A stretch of 64,000 nucleotides of DNA. Source: Bdellovibrionales bacterium. Lineage in GTDB: Bacteria; Bdellovibrionota; Bdellovibrionia; Bdellovibrionales; UBA1609. The DNA lies in contig OZ241877.1 in assembly GCA_965203095.1 (NCBI GenBank), positions 1,408,001-1,472,000 of the forward strand. The letters are read 5' to 3'. How positions within the stretch are numbered: the stretch's first letter is position 1; the number at the start of each line of letters is the position of its first letter. The notes under the pieces were generated by a model. It saw only the letters and a program-made list of their open reading frames with translations. It searched no databases and was not told the origin of the DNA. Both the position numbers and the translations under genes were made by a program. Positions 61,261-64,000 of this stretch are shown piece after piece.

Positions 61261-61557
61261 CTGAAGCATTGAACAAAGACAAGATTAACTGGGTGGATTA
61301 AGCCTAAGAACCCTCTATTTTTCTCTCTAATCTCTATCTATATTCCTTCCCCTCAGAAGGGCAACAAAATAAACCTCAAAAAATTCAGCTTAAAAGGCAA
61401 AGCCTAAAAACTTTTAGGGAAAGAAACCTTGGTTTCACGAGGTCCAGCTGTTCTGGATTCCTGCTGTCACAGGAACAACGGTTCCCTGTGTCTAAGAAGC
61501 TTTTTAAACAAGCCCACCTCAAAATGACAAAATACAGACAAACCAACTAAAAAAGAA

Positions 61558-61761
61558 TCAAGAACCGTTTTTAAGCTTTTTAATCTCTCGAACAGGTAGG
61601 CCCGTCACTTTGACGATGACAGCCAAATCTACCTTTTCTCTCAACATATTCCGGATAACTTCCTCTCGTCCTTCCTCTCGTCCCTCTTGCCGGCCTTTTC
61701 TAAAGCCTTTTTTTTCGCCTTCCCAGCGACCTTCCAACCGAATTTCCTCTTTTATGTCCAT
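61558..61761 (-). CDS. Internal RpnS-like small protein, 67 aa
   Basis: AAAGGAGG-CTAT-ATG in frame at offset 780. Confidence 0.7.
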   Translation of the reverse strand: MDIKEEIRLEGRWEGEKKGFRKGRQEGREEGREEVIRNMLREKVDLAVIVKVTGLPVREIKKLKNGS

Positions 61762-62541
61762 ATAGCCTCCTTTCTTTAATAAAGCCTTCTTAATAGCCTC
61801 TTCCTCCAACTTGTTCCAAAGCTTAATATTTACCCCCGCCGACCTCAAATACTTGGCCACAGCCAATATCCACTCATCACGCTTAAAAACCCTAAAAAAA
61901 GCAAATAATACCTCCCGCAACTCCCGCTCATTATCCTTTAAAAACCACACACGGTCCAACAACTGTAAAACCCGACCCGTCTTAAAACTCCGATCATCAA
62001 AAACCCTCTGAACCCTCCTATCCCCTGTATTCAATAACCTCAAACCATAATTTAACATGTTTTTTCTAAAAGATCGAGGAATTTTTAAAAAAAACTCTCC
62101 TAAAACAGCCTCCTGAAAAGACAACTTCCAACTCCAAGGGACTTTTCCGTGATAAAACAAAACAGGAATTACTACTATCCTCTGTTGGGACTGCTCATAA
62201 AGCTTTGTCTGATACCTTAAAACCTGCTTAAAGAGATTTTTGTCATATTTAGACTTATGCTCAAACAAGACGACTATCCTGATCTGGCTTTTAGGAAAGT
62301 TTTTTAGGGGAAAAGACAAAACCAAGTCCATTTGCTTATCTTTAAAAAGGCTTTTTTCTACTTTGAGTTTTGATAGATTACAGGCTTTTAACTCCTCTTT
62401 AGACAATATCAATCTCACAATCTCCTCAGCAAATTGAGGCTGAGAATAGAATCTTTTAAAAAATTTGTCGTGATGGTTTCCGGGCTTTAATACCGAAAAT
62501 TCCCCAAGTTCTTTTCTGGTTTTTTGAGTTTTGATTTTCAT
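61558..62541 (-). CDS. Rpn/YhgA-family PD-(D/E)XK nuclease, second copy
   Basis: Near-identical to 29150-30121; differs at SF/NI, an extra GREE and AFISK/AVIVK. Confidence 0.9.
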   Translation of the reverse strand: MKIKTQKTRKELGEFSVLKPGNHHDKFFKRFYSQPQFAEEIVRLILSKEELKACNLSKLKVEKSLFKDKQMDLVLSFPLKNFPKSQIRIVVLFEHKSKYDKNLFKQVLRYQTKLYEQSQQRIVVIPVLFYHGKVPWSWKLSFQEAVLGEFFLKIPRSFRKNMLNYGLRLLNTGDRRVQRVFDDRSFKTGRVLQLLDRVWFLKDNERELREVLFAFFRVFKRDEWILAVAKYLRSAGVNIKLWNKLEEEAIKKALLKKGGYMDIKEEIRLEGRWEGEKKGFRKGRQEGREEGREEVIRNMLREKVDLAVIVKVTGLPVREIKKLKNGS

Positions 62542-62843
62542 TGGTATATTCTCCTTATTAGTTGGTGTTTAACTTACTGAGAATCCAAAAAAATAGTATA
62601 AAGTGCTTTTTATGGAAAAGCAAGCTATGGCTTAAAGAAATTGAAGAATAATGCAATCTTTTTAACAAGGCTTTTCACAGGCGATTAAGTCGCTCGTGAA
62701 AAAGCTCTGTCCGTTATCGCATAAGCAAAAGACCAGCTTAAAGGACAAAGCCCCACAATAAAGCTCTGCCCTTTTTGTGAAAAATTTACAAAATGCTTTA
62801 AAAGAGTTTGTTTTCCCGGACAATCCTGCTATAAACAAACACA

Positions 62844-63113
62844 ATGAAAATACTATTGAGCCTTATCCTTTTAATGAACTTGCCGGCTTTTGCTAACTGC
62901 CGGGATGTTTTTGATCCTAAAAAAGAACAACTGGCAGACCTGATCACCCCAGCGAATTATAAAGACTTTAAGAGGGGATATAATCGGGGAGGATTAGAGA
63001 TTGGGATTGTGATGGCGATAGGAATTGTGATAGGGACGGTAGTGGCGGATTTTTTTCCGCCGATGGAGGTATTCTTTGAAGACAAGGAGAGCATTGAACA
63101 CAGACAAGATTAA
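62844..63113 (+). CDS. Small secreted/membrane protein (class B head), homolog of the 60955 protein
   Basis: MKILLSLILLMNLPAFANCRDVFDP...KDFKRGY...TM; ends in the constant tail read in a shifted frame (SIEHRQD). Confidence 0.75.
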   Translation: MKILLSLILLMNLPAFANCRDVFDPKKEQLADLITPANYKDFKRGYNRGGLEIGIVMAIGIVIGTVVADFFPPMEVFFEDKESIEHRQD

Positions 63114-63481
63114 CTGGGTGGATTGAGCCCTCAAAATCTCTATTATTACATAGCGTTGTGCGAAGTCAGGATAAATCTTGTATGGCCATAAGCAAACAGC
63201 CCGGAGACCGGGCTGAATGCAAAAACAAAGGAATTAATATGTCCGTCATAGAAACAGACATAAGCATTATCGGCCAGCGATCAACAAAAGTCAATTTTTT
63301 TTATGATTGAGGCTAATTTAACGGGGAATCTTATTTTTTTTCAGAATCTTTAATCTTTCCCATAATAAACCAGGTTCATGGTATTTTAATGGTTTTTTTC
63401 AGGCTGTTTCACTTTCCCTTGGCACTATCAAAGTTTGATTGTAAAGCTCAACTTAGCTTATTGGGGCAATGGCAGGTATTT

Positions 63482-63898
63482 TTAGCAGAAGGGAAAAACA
63501 AGGCATTTTTTTGGGAAACATACTTGTCTTGCTCGAATATAAAACCGCCTGGCCCTCTCAAAAGCACTTAAGCCGGGGTGCAATTTACAGGCAAGAGCAA
63601 ATTCTTCTCTGGAAAATGGAGTAAGGCCAATAGCCTCAATTAGCTTTTCTTTTTTGTTTCTGAGAACTTTAAAAAAGTTAACTACTTCCCCGTCTAAGTC
63701 ATTGTAGGTTTCCACCGGAGAAGGTTTCCGATTGAGTAAAACTGCTCCAGAACCGGCAAAAGGTTCGCAGTAATGGTGGCATTCTGGCAATAATGGGAGG
63801 AGCCAGTCTAAATGGCTGAATTTCCCCCCATACCAACCAAAGGGGATAAGTTTTTTCCCTTGAAGAATCTTTATTGGAGAAGGTTTATTTTTACCCAT
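63482..63898 (-). pseudogene. Truncated Dam-type (D12 class) DNA adenine methyltransferase
   Basis: WYGGK, YCEPFAGSGAV, ETYNDLD; similarity ends at RARQ and there is no DPPY motif. Confidence 0.8.
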
Positions 63899-64000
63899 AA
63901 GTGATCTTTTTCAACAAAAAAGGATACCTGTCAAGTATAGTAAAAAAATTTAAAAGTCTTCAATGGTTTTTAAAGGGAGGTTTAAAGCTGTAGCTACAGG

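Larger units (their letters stand above)
61266..62886 (-). repeat. ~1.6 kb inverted duplication, copy 2 (Rpn module)
   Basis: Matches 28803-30340, with an extra ~75 bp dRS3-containing insert near 61420-61495. Confidence 0.92.

Overview
AT-rich bacterial chromosome segment. The Tad-like proteins, PhaR-domain regulator, maeB and divergent housekeeping proteins suggest Bdellovibrionota (inference). The core backbone includes uvrC (partial), pyrE, nuoI, hpt, bcp, rsmH-ftsL-ftsI, mraY-murD, maeB, an AroK-AroD-AroE fusion with aroC, glmU-glmS, dppBC, lon, der, pdxJ and an S10-spc-alpha ribosomal cluster that lacks rplX, rpsN, rpmD and rpsD and carries large repeat extensions on L3 and RpoA. The main accessory signal is a family of secreted-protein 'cassettes' at three loci (~2.3-3.5 kb, ~26.4-31.1 kb, ~60.2-63.1 kb). 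They share a promoter/signal-peptide head and a ~75-80 bp DNA tail but carry different middles: pentapeptide repeats or small Gly-rich membrane proteins. Two arrays contain a near-identical Rpn/YhgA nuclease gene with an internal RBS for an RpnS-type antitoxin. Each Rpn gene lies in a ~1.55 kb inverted duplication whose ends fall in the cassette constant regions. Also present: a MITE-like family with an invariant 27-nt loop and covarying stems, dRS3-like palindromes, a G18 tract and two DNA-methyltransferase remnants. No CRISPR, rRNA or tRNA was seen.
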